In this document: positions 1 through 10,774 of the stretch, in pieces
Layout: each line of letters opens with the position of its first letter
Numbering within the stretch: the first letter of the stretch is position 1
NCBI GenBank assembly: GCA_047495785.1
Contig: JBLDXI010000020.1
Location: 682,001 to 746,000, forward strand
Length of the DNA: 64,000 nt
Origin: Lepidodermella squamata
Lineage: Eukaryota; Animalia; Gastrotricha
Reading direction: 5' to 3'
The notes under the pieces: model-generated
The model's database searches: none
What the model saw: only the letters and a program-made list of their open reading frames with translations
Told to the model about the DNA's origin: nothing
Made by a program: the position numbers and the translations under genes

Positions 1-358
1 CAAACTTGTATGCAAGAGAGAACTTTTCCGCACTATTTTACACTAACTTTTAGCCGATCATGCCTTTAATTCTCTTATTGTGCTTCACTGCTATAGAAAA
101 AAACGGACGCTGAACGCAATTCTGGCGAAACTGTTGTTTATCCTTCTTCTGACATGAAATCGCTTCTATCAAAATTTTTATGATGAATTTGCCTATATTC
201 TTATATTGGAAAGTTGAATGAATCATTGAAGAGAGAGAAATTTGCATAATAGCTGCGAAAAATAAACTGCTTTCTAACGATATCGTGTTTTTTTTAAAGA
301 AATAATGTAAAAATTCCAGCTTGGAAAAACGGAAATGAACCAAAGAATGATTTTGTAC

Positions 359-3300
359 TCACCTTCGTCTTCGAGATCGCCGTTTTTGCCGATCTTTCAG
401 AGGAGTACCCAGCTTCATAGTAGGCCCCCTCGCCGCACGTTCGCCGTTGATAGTCACACCGACGGAACAGGCGCTATCCGGCGTCGCGCCCTCCTTCGCC
501 GAGTTGAAGCAGGTGTTAACCGTGCTGGTTTGAATGCTTTTCACCTTGGGACCCAGGTCGGCAGACGTGTCTGTCGATCGGTCCGTCTGAAACTGCATAG
601 AGCTGCACGCAACAGTTCTGTTATGCTGCTGGGTAGCCGAAGTAGCCCGATTGACTACTTCAGGGCCCTCGGTAACCGTACCCATGTTGTGAAGCTGTAC
701 TGTACTTGTGTTCATCGACTTATCACAGAGCGTGTCCATTGGCAACGATATCTGCTTCACCGTCGCGTTAGACGGTGGCTGTTTGACAGGCAAATCAGAG
801 GCTGCGTTATTGGCGTCCAGCGAAAGAGCCTGCTGCTGGAGCCTGTTAATAAAGCGGTCATCTTGCCCGTCAATAGTCCACCGCCTTAACTCGAGCTGAG
901 GCTTTGTAGCAGCTTTTGGTGAATTAGATTCAGTTGGCATAAAAATCTGAGGCACTTGCGCCAGAGGTTGAACAGCAAAGTTTGATGGCGAGCCATTCGA
1001 GCTGTTCAAATTGCGGTTAGATGCTGAAACAACCTCGGCCAATCTTGCAGCTCCCTCGGCGTAGCTACCGTCACCTCCATCATGTGACGTTGTGATAGAC
1101 CCAACCTTTTCTAATCTTAATCGGTAGCCCTTGAGAACGCAGGCGCCAGTCACAACGACGTAGACCAGTAAAAGAACTACGACTCCGATAACTATTACGA
1201 CTGGTAACACCCAGTCTGGAGTCTTCATTGGCACTGGCTCGAGACGAGGCTCCTCAGCCGGCTTCTCCGACGCGTCATCCGTATCATTCTGATATAAATT
1301 GTCGATGATGATTCGATAGTCATGTTCGTTCACAGGCCTAATCGCTTCAATCTGAAACAAAGTTCCACAAAATCATCAAACCGAAGCTAGTTCCAAGCGA
1401 AAATTACCGGAAGTCCTGCCGCAGCACTGAGCTCAATGGGAGAAACAGAAAGCATGATTTCGCGAACATGGCGGCCCGATATCGTATGCTTTGACAAGTG
1501 GCTTTTCATCGTGTGATTTCTCAGATTACGCGGATGCATCGCAGCTCCGAAGGTTACATTCAAATGCGTTATCGTCGTACTAGACTCTGCTTTGTCTGGG
1601 ATAGAAATGCCGAACACCTATTGTTAGTACGAATGTATTTCAATAAGTTTTGATGAATCATTTAAATTTTTACCTCAATAATCGGATTCGTCATTCTAAC
1701 AATGCGTTTCAGTTCAATCAAAGTATTGTCATCGAATCGATTATAACGATTCAGAGCGCTAGTAAAGGCGTTCTGAATTCCTTGTTGCAGCAGATTAGTG
1801 AGTTGCTTCTTCGTGAAAATGGCAGTTACGTGAACGTGCATCCTAACTTTAGCCACGTTCAAATTGACCATTGGGATGAGCGTGACATTTTCGAACGTTG
1901 AATTACCCGCAGGGGTAGACGTGGTTGTTACAGTTGTTGAACTAGAAATGGTTGTATTTCTATCAAACGCCGTAGTTCCAACACTGGTCGACGGCGGCGA
2001 TGAAGACATAAAAGGCGAAGTTGAGTTTTCCGACCGTAGACTATCAGCAGTAGTGAAATAAATAGCCGTCACTGTCTCAACCTTTTCTCCACTAGAACTG
2101 TTCCAACTCGTCACATTTCCGAACATTTCTGACGGTGTTGTAGTGGTCAAGTTCCAGAAAGCAGTAGCGGTTGATTCTGTAACAGTCTCGTTGCGTTGCT
2201 CAGGTGGAAGGGTTGTGATATCAGAAAAATTTCCCAGACCAACCCTTGAAGTCGTAGCTAAAATCTCACTGCTTGTTGTTGCAACAGTCGAATTCACTGT
2301 CGTCGTTGAGTTTATACTGCTCGTACTTGAAGGCGACGATGCTAAGGTTGGAGTTAACGTCGTCGACAAGTTTTCAACGGCAGTAGTTGGATGAGTATTG
2401 GGAGAATTTAAACCAGAAGTTGATGGAGGTAATATTGAGCTTGCAGCAGTTGTAGGATGCGAAGTTGAACCATCAGTGATAGTTAAGGTGGAGTAGTAAG
2501 TCACAGACTTAGTTGTTAACGTTGAGCTAGAGCCACTCGATGTAGTTATCGCGGCTGATGATGTGACACCTACATTCGTATCATTTGTAACTAAGCAAGG
2601 ATTGTTCGTTGTAGTGGTAATTGTCGTCGACGTCATTGTCGTAGTTTCAGATGTCGTACTCGTAAAAATTGGCGTAGTTCCGTTACAAAAAATCGGCCCT
2701 ATAAACACTGCTGGACGAGTAGAACGCTGATGGGTCGATGACCCGTCGACAACCGTGGTCAGCTTAGTTGAAGAAGAAGTAGAATCGGTCCGTAAAGTCT
2801 CAGTTTTAGGTGTCCAATGTGCGGTGCGGTCCACTGACTCAGAGGGCGTTGCAAATGTTGGCGTCTCCTGAGTCGCTGGAAGCAAATCAGCGCGATCTTC
2901 AGGCGAAATCAGGTCAGACGTCGATAAAGAAGCGATAGATCGATCATCATCTGACACTGTGGCAATGTTAAACCGACTTGTTGGCGACGTCGATGGCGTA
3001 ATAGTAACCGAAGTTGTACTGGTTTTATCTTGAGATGTGGATAAAACAGTTTCTGAATTGTAGTACTCAGTTTGATCGTAATCTCCCATATTTTCGTTGT
3101 AATCTATCGGTATAGATGATGGTGACTTGTCAATATAGCCGCCCCAACCTGACCCAGGGTTGACGAATTCGAAAGCGTCCTCGTCAGTCCCATCGAGAAA
3201 TTTTAGCCGAAACACAGAAGCATCGCGCCGACGAGGACGAACTATGAAGCCATCAGATGCTGTTCGTTGAAGTTTATCGCGAGCTTTTGCTTTCCGCGTT

Positions 3301-3521
3301 GCGTTCTTCCGATCTCTGATCACGTGACCATTGTGGAGTGGAATCAAGCTGAGAACTGCATAGTCTGAAATGAGTAAAAAAGGCTTTAACTCTGATTTCC
3401 TACGACCAAATCGCTCCAATAAAATGATCAGATGAACTCTTCCAGGCATTTTTTTCGGGCAAAATGTCAACTTACCAAAAATTAAGTTGCAGATCAGCAA
3501 TTTTATTATGAGGAAATGCAT
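359..3521 (-). CDS. Mucin-like, Ser/Thr-rich single-pass type I membrane protein with a possible SEA-like juxtamembrane domain (multi-exon; 3' end may continue below 359)
   Basis: Hydrophobic N-terminus MHFLIIKLLICNLIF. Long S/T-rich tract with many N-x-S/T sites. GT-AG introns join ORFs 1662-3521, 1387-1617 and 359-1360 in frame. TM segment WVLPVVIVIGVVVLLLVYVVVTGACVL is followed by KGYR. A donor-like AG|GTGAGT sits at ~362. Confidence 0.7.
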
Positions 3522-6500
3522 TTAGCTGGAAATCCAAGTTGCAATTGATAACGATTTTCGAGCATTATTCAGCGAGCCGAGTCAAATAAAATACACCGAT
3601 TAGGCAGCCACTTGTCGCACTGATAGATGCTAGTTGTATGTCCCTGTATTTAGCATGAATTTTTTCTTATAAAACTCTATATATAAAGTGTAGAATTGAC
3701 GCACTGAATGTAAACAAATTTCCGCTGGCGGGCAAAAATCGCCAGGTAGCAAATTGAATTTTTGGCAAAGTAATGCGCAGCTATTACGAGTTGTTGACAA
3801 CAAAAAATCGGCCAGCATGCACCTTTTAGTCACTAAATACACGTTTCGGCGCTAAAATAAGGACTTATTACTACTAATAATAAGTATTAACAATAACAGC
3901 TGTTGGTACATCAATATCGTTATTAGTTAGGAGTAGAAGCAGTGACAAGAAGAGTCTATTACCTGCGTGCGGCACTGCGCCGCAACAAATTCGCCAAAGC
4001 CTCGAGCGCGCACAACCACGCGAAATGATGCGTGTAGAGAAGATTAGGCCTCTGGTTGAAATGCGATCCCCGACGGACTGCTATTATGATGGGCCTTTAC
4101 TTGGCTAGCGATCGTCGCACTCCGCGCCGAGGTGCTATTATCGATGTTATTATTGCTGTTGTAGCTGCTAGTAGGTGCGCGCTAGTTTTGGCGTCACAGG
4201 CCAGGTGAAACCGAGCGATTTGCGTGCAAGACTTGGCCAGCTATAGCGCCAAGGGGTAATCAGGCTTAATAGAGTCGCGCCAAGTTATGGCCAAGCCTTA
4301 AAATGCGTTCTCTTCTGCCGAGTGATATTATTAAAATTTCGGCTGAGAGACATCGTTCCGCGGATCTAGCATGTTTAATCATTTAATCCTTGTCTTATCC
4401 ATTGCATGTTTGACGATTGATTTTCGCAAGACCACCACTAGATGATTAATAAGGGGCTAACAAGCCATGGTGGTGCCGCCGAACACGCTAATCAACATTA
4501 TTACAAAGGTAAACTCAGCAGTTGTAGATGGCTAATAGAAATAATCAAAAATTCGCAAAAATATTGCGGAATGTGGCCCGAAAACTGCCGTTTAATGTAT
4601 TGCGTGTTTTGCGATCGAGGCTCGAGCGTCGGCCGGACTGAATATTTTATTAATTACAGTAACAAATGCCTATTGGGTGTGGTGCAACAATACGTAGCAA
4701 ACTGGCATTGGATATTCAAGCGAAAACACGGAGCGATCGACAAAAGCTTTGAACAACTGCTTTTTGATACTCAGCGACCGTTTCTTTGCGGGTTAGTATA
4801 CATCCGCATACATGTGAGCGCACATTAATTTTAAATTATAGTAAATGGTCTCGGGTATGGGGTCCTTAAATTTGGGAAACGTCAAAACACATGAATATTT
4901 TGTTGCGAAGGAAATGGAAAGAGCAAGCGGCCCAGCATTCTTCGCTAATTCTCTTCGTAAAAGGATGCCAGTGCAAGCTAATAAAATACCTACAGCGTTT
5001 ATCATCTGACAGCACTCAAATGATGTGCGAGTTCGGAAGGGACTTGTTAAATCGGTGAATATAGGTATAAGCTATATTGTTTTGTTATGATCCTGCTAAT
5101 TTTTGTTGAATACGACATAGCGCTGGGCGCGCCATCACAAAAACAAGATTTTGCAGCGCATTGGGCAAGAAAGTGTACGTACTCGGGCTGTATAAATCGG
5201 ATGAGAAGTCTCGCTGGCGGCTGAAAGCAAAATCGCACAGCTACGCGGCCTTTGATGGCCGAGTCAAATCAATCAATCTATTATTCTTGGCCAGAAGAAA
5301 AATAAAAACAAAACAAATGAACAGCTAAAAGTGCGATGACGACGGGCCACACAATAACAAAGGATGCCTGGGTGCAACAAACACGCGCGACCAATAAATG
5401 TTTCTTGCATTTACCTATACATTTGTTGCGCCGCAATTTTTGCGCGTCGTGAAAAAAGCACGCAAATATTTCTAGCTTGCCTCTCAGAAACAACAATGCT
5501 CTTTGTAAGTTACATGGCTCGCTAAGCTAATCATTCGATTAAAAGTTCCCACCGGTAGCTTGTTAGCTGTTGATTTATACAAGTTCATAACCAGCCGATA
5601 TTGGTCGATTCATTATTATTGCATTTCCCCTCTCAAACACCGGGCGCCTCCATGATTAATTTTAGCCCTTCCGTAGACAAATGAAGCAAAAATAAGTATG
5701 CCGTGATTTTTTTCATTTTCTTTATCGCAGACCGCACAATTGTCGCTGCAAACTTGTCAACGGATAGCCTTTCCTGTATAGCACGGCCACCCGAAACGTT
5801 GTTGACTAAAATTATTCGAGCTCTATAATAAAGCTAGTAAAATAACAATAACATGGTGGTTTTACAACGAATTCGCGTGAACATGTTACAACTGTTAGCC
5901 GGGCGGAAGTATATTTCGAGTGTTTATTCCTGATGCAGAAAAATGAATGAATTTCAACTCAGATACGTGATTTTATATCGCGAACTCAATAATTACGTCT
6001 TTATTATTGTTCAAAGCTTTCCAAGAAAGTGTTAGAACCGTGTGTACGAAATAGGAGCTCATCGATAACGGCATTTGCAGCATGATGTTCGTTTTTAGCT
6101 GCGAGGATTCTGAAAGAAACAGAATAACTTCGGCGACCCAAATACTTCATATTCTCACAAACTTCTAATTCACTATAATTAGTTGACGAGTGAACAATAC
6201 GCAGTGATGTTCCTAGCAGCATCAGCCGGACTTTCTGTTTAGCCCATGGGCTATAAAATTCAGCTGCGGGCGAGCGAAACAAGTTTCAGCTGAGTTTTTC
6301 GATTCGTGCTCAGAAAACAACCTGAAAATAATTCAGAATTTTTCGGTAGCATTGCTGATCGGATCTGCATATCCCACAACCCAGCAATTTTTCAAATTAG
6401 CAGATGTGATTCAGATCCATTTTGACAATTATCAGCGTCGAAAACCAAGATTCAAACAGACCAACAACATTTTTTCAAGTTTATATCAAGGCAAATGTAA

Positions 6501-6666
6501 AGTTGAGATGTTTCATGCTCCACAAAACAAATTGAATAGCAGGGAGTAAGTACCTGAAGTCACATATTACTATATGATACATTGTGTGATCACCTTTTGC
6601 TATGTGCATGACTTATCCGTACAAAAGTATTGGAGAAAAAAATTAGAACGCTCGAGTGGTCACACA

Positions 6667-6697
<31 letters not shown>

Positions 6698-6700
6698 GGG
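6667..6700 (+). repeat. Short interstitial telomeric repeat (TTAGGG)n with variants
   Basis: AGGG-TTAGGG-TTTAGGG-TTAGGG-TTAGGG-TTGGG read directly from the sequence. Confidence 0.9.
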
Positions 6701-7187
6701 TCACAATGTAACTGTGATACGCACGAAGTTATAGAGGAAAGCAATTTGAGTACGCAATTTACACGACCTGTGGCTGAAGAGAGGCGTTCCTTCGCTCGGC
6801 CTTCATTTTGATAATAGCGTCGTGTTTGTCCCGTTCGCACTGGAAATTCAGCGTGAAGTAGCAGGCAGCCCGATCTTCGATGGGAGCAGGTTCCACCACT
6901 GGGTGCCCTTCGCTGCTGGCCTAGGGCGAGCCTGCACAACGGCTTGACGTACTTCCCAGTGGCAGCGCTTCGAGTGATGTGGGTTGGTTCTTGACTAGCA
7001 ACGAGAGGCCTCGGGGTCTCTCAAAATCCCTGTTGCCCCAGGGTTGTGGCCAGATGGACCAATCGTTAGCCTTGCAGATTCACAATCTCGCAATCTCAAT
7101 ACACAATTTATTTCAAGAAGCCTTGGGGGGTTAAGCCAAGTGATGGGAAAAGCCGAAAATTATGCAAATTCGGCGAAAATTTCCATG

Positions 7188-7208
7188 GTGACCTGTGACC
7201 TGTGACCT
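7188..7208. promoter_or_regulatory. (GTGACCT)3, i.e. two overlapping DR1-type nuclear-receptor elements upstream of NDUFAF5/Ras
   Basis: The minus strand reads AGGTCA-C-AGGTCA-C-AGGTCA. It lies ~220 bp upstream of a 5'UTR splice donor at 7424. Confidence 0.4.
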
Positions 7209-7674
7209 GACTGAGCCGATCGGCGCGACGCGGACGAATCGCTGACAAAATCTCTGGCACGCGAAAGCCGCATTTCTGATAATAATATTAAAATTAATTT
7301 ACTCATTAAACTTTTGCACTGGAAATGCTGCTTTTTGTAAATGACCTTCGCGTCCTGCCGACCGCGAAAAAATGCGGTTCAAAAAGTAGTTTTTTGTTCG
7401 AAGTTTTCGAAGTGGGTTAGTAGGTAAGGCCGATCGTTTAGTTGAGGAAAGGTTCAGACTGCAATTCATCGAGGTTCTAAAGTTGTGTGTTGCGTGTATC
7501 TATAATTCCATTTAATTTTTAAACTCCAGTCTTCTCGCGGACATGGAGTGATACATAATTTAACTCTGCTGTCATTGATGTTATCCGGATAATGTACTCG
7601 TTCGTCGTTGGTTGGAGAAGTTGTCATATTTCGTCTGTTCTCATTGACGTTTTTAGCTGGTTCCTGATTTATTA

Positions 7675-8709
7675 ATGTCACTTTACTTGGCTAAGGCATT
7701 ATCATCACCATTTGGCAATCATACTTCGAGATCATTGAGAAGACTGAAATCCACAACCGCTGCCCCTGCGCAAAAGATCTTCGATCATGAGAACAAACAG
7801 AACCAACGTAGGATCGCAGCTATAAACGCTGCTAAGCAACCCAAAGGAGTCGAGACTTTCGATTATCTTAAGAATGAGGTCGGATGGCGTTTGGCCGACC
7901 GCATATTTGATGTAAAGAGAACGTTCACTCATGGACTGGAAATTGCTGCTGGTAGGGGTCATGTTTCTCGACATCTGGATAGTGACGCCGTCGATTTCAT
8001 TTACCTGGTTGATCCGGTTAAGGAAATGCTTGATCAGCGATCTAAGCCCAAGGAACTTAATGTTGCCCACCAAGACGTTCTTGTCGGTGACGATCGATTT
8101 CTCGGATATTTGCGTGACTCCAGTCTTGATCTGGTCGTTTCATGCCTTTCGATGCATTGGGTGAATGACTTACGCGCTGCATTTCGTGAAAGCCTGCGTG
8201 TTCTGCGGCCTGACGGAGTATTCTTAGGAGCTATGTTTTGCTCGGACACTCTATTCGAGCTAAGATCTGCACTGCAGCAAGCAGAAATGGATACACGCAA
8301 TTCGTATACTGCAAGAATATCTCCGTTTGTTAGGCCCGAGGACATTGCTTCCCTGCTAAATCTTGCGGGGTTTAATCTTGTCACATTGGACTGTGACGAA
8401 TTTCGTATAGGTTACCCTTCAGCCATGGAGCTCATGCGTGATTTACACGGGATGGGTGAACAGAATTGCGGCATAAATCGCCGCCTTAATTTAACTAGAC
8501 CAATCTTGAAAACGGCGTGTGACATTTATCGAGAAATGTACTCCGACTCAGCCGATGGCTCGATACCTGCCACTTTTCAAGTTGTTTACTGGATCGGGTG
8601 GAAACCTGATCCGACTCAGCCTCTTCCAGCGAAACGAGGCTCTGCGAATTTTTCTTTGAAAGACATCGGGAAATTAACTGGCGATGAACTGCCTTTGAAG
8701 CCACTATAA
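7675..8709 (+). CDS. NDUFAF5: NADH dehydrogenase complex I assembly factor 5 (SAM-dependent arginine hydroxylase), intronless CDS
   Basis: Mitochondrial-type presequence. Family motifs [61 protein letters not shown] and [28 protein letters not shown]. Confidence 0.93.
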   Translation: MSLYLAKALSSPFGNHTSRSLRRLKSTTAAPAQKIFDHENKQNQRRIAAINAAKQPKGVETFDYLKNEVGWRLADRIFDVKRTFTHGLEIAAGRGHVSRHLDSDAVDFIYLVDPVKEMLDQRSKPKELNVAHQDVLVGDDRFLGYLRDSSLDLVVSCLSMHWVNDLRAAFRESLRVLRPDGVFLGAMFCSDTLFELRSALQQAEMDTRNSYTARISPFVRPEDIASLLNLAGFNLVTLDCDEFRIGYPSAMELMRDLHGMGEQNCGINRRLNLTRPILKTACDIYREMYSDSADGSIPATFQVVYWIGWKPDPTQPLPAKRGSANFSLKDIGKLTGDELPLKPL

Positions 8710-8777
8710 GAAATACTGTTTATTCTAATCATTTTTTGCTAATTAGTCATTTTAAATCGTTGAGTCTCCCTGTTCGC

Positions 8778-9891
8778 ATGTCTATTGGTGAGTATAAAAT
8801 TGTCGTTGTTGGAGATGGCGGAGTAGGAAAAAGTGCCCTAACTATTCAGCTGATAAAAAATCAGTATGTTTACATTGAAAAATTGCTAAGAACTGGAACA
8901 CATTATTTTCTCTAGATTCGTCGAAGAATACGATCCGACCATCGAAGATTCTTATCGGAAACAAGCAGTTGTCGATGGAACTACCTGCGTGTTAGGTAAA
9001 CGAGCAATTTTCGAGGCAATCCTGAATGTCCTGACTTCTTTTAATTACAGATATATTGGATACCGCGGGTCAAGAAGATTACAGGTAACAATTCTATGTT
9101 ATTTAAATAGGCTAATTGGTTCTAAGGATTTCTCGCTGAATAAATGACGAAGGTTTGATAGCTAGTTATCACCATTGCGCTAGTTTTCGGGCGCTGAGTT
9201 TCTCTTTACCGTAGATATAGCTTTTTTGTGTCAACTAAGCATAATTTGAATTCAGTTTGTTATTTTCACTGATGTTTTGTTAGAAGAAGTTCATACTTTA
9301 CGGAAACTTGACAGATTTCGCTTTGCTATTTCTTACAGCGCTCTCAGAGATCAGCATATGAGATCTGGCGAAGGTTTCCTTTGTGTATTCGCTGTCAACA
9401 ATGCAAAATCATTCGAATCAATACCAGCATATAGAGAAAACGTAATATAATCGTCCCGCAATGGTTTTTGTTAAAATAATTTTCTCTTTAGATCAAGCGA
9501 GTTCGTGATTCAGACTCAGATCGAATCCCCATGATCAGTGAGCTGATAGATTATTTCTTTGAAAAATCATAATTTTTATTTTGTTCAATAGTCGTCGGCA
9601 ACAAAATCGACTTAACAGCACGTGTTGATAGCTCCAGAGCCGCAGCCTTGGCAGCTTCTTACCAATGTCCGTATGTGGAAACATCTGCGAGAACTCGCGC
9701 AGGGGTTGAAGAAGCTTTTTATTCCCTCGTTCGTGAAATCCGAAAATATGTAAGTTCTCAATTTTTCGACGCAGATAAACAAGAAATTATTGTTAAATTT
9801 GAATTTCTAGCGAGACTCGGCGCCAAACAATCGCAAGGACTCGAAACCTGGAAAGCGGCCAAAATCTGAGAAAAAATGCTCGCTTTCTTAA
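8778..9891 (+). CDS. Ras-family small GTPase (7 exons) with C-terminal CAAX (CSLS)
   Basis: Spliced translation: [45 protein letters not shown].../[29 protein letters not shown]...VGNKIDL...[24 protein letters not shown]/...KKCSLS*. G1-G5 boxes and the Ras effector loop YDPTIEDSY are intact. Confidence 0.93.
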
Positions 9892-10774
9892 GGAGATGAA
9901 TCTAAACAAAACTTGCCAGTACGCTTTAATATTGTTGTTAATTTCTGGGGAACTTTCGATATTACGGCAAGTGCTTCTCAGTATTACCTGATTGCATATT
10001 TTCAAGCGAGACAATCTGGTTGAGCAACGCAGTCTGATCACTGGTGGGCGATTGATGAAGGGAACTGCACTATTTTGTTCTTTATCTGTTCATGGCCTGT
10101 CGAATGTTATTCCGGCATAGCAATTTTAAAATTCATCGTTATTTATTGTGTGATTGTTCACTTCATACTACGAAAAATCTACGAAGCCTAGAACATATGT
10201 AAAAAATTATTTTCCTCTGACCAATATTCATTTTCTTATGCGATCAAATATATGTATCGGCATTTTATTATGTAACTTTCCATTTTCTGCCAACTTGATA
10301 AACGCAATAGCATGGCTTGAGGGCACTGCGTACTTTCCTCGTTTCCTACCGCTTACTTTCCAGCTCTGTCGGGATGTTGCAATACTGAAGAGATAAGATT
10401 TTTTCGTGAAAAAAATGGAAAATAAAAATGTGAAAGGTGAAAATGGAAAGGCCTCCTTGTTTGGCAATTGAATGGATGGCGTCTAACTAGAGTTTTGCTC
10501 CGCGTTTTTGCACCGCGACATTCATTTTATCACGTTTTTAATAATATTTGGCGCCATCGGAATTCGCATCGCGTCCATTTCATTAGACCGGGAACGTCGC
10601 TAAGGATTCACGCGCTCGATTTATTGATCGTTTTCACATCATTCCATAATTCTATTTTCTCTACGGTTGCGTGTGAAAGTTGTCTAGTCAGCTGTCAACA
10701 CGGACATGCGCATATTGACGTGAAAAGATGCCAGTCGTAGAGTGATGATAATGAAAATACAAGGCGCAACAATG

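Noticed and set aside
3630-6549. Short ORFs between the mucin-like gene and NDUFAF5
   Set aside because: No recognisable motifs and no consistent splice structure.
6667-6700. Telomerase RNA template
   Set aside because: About five repeats rather than ~1.5, and no pseudoknot or H/ACA context visible on the C-rich strand.
6842-7250. Possible RNase P RNA: GGAAATTCAGCG resembles CR-I and could pair with CGCTGA at ~7240
   Set aside because: The CR-V match is imperfect, there is no convincing CR-II/III/IV or P1 helix, and the span crosses promoter-like sequence. It would need a cmsearch hit.
8811-8833. Oncogenic-like G12D in the Ras P-loop (GDGGVGKS)
   Set aside because: The Asp aligns to position 11. 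G12 and G13 are intact, and GDGGVGKS is common in Ras-subfamily members.
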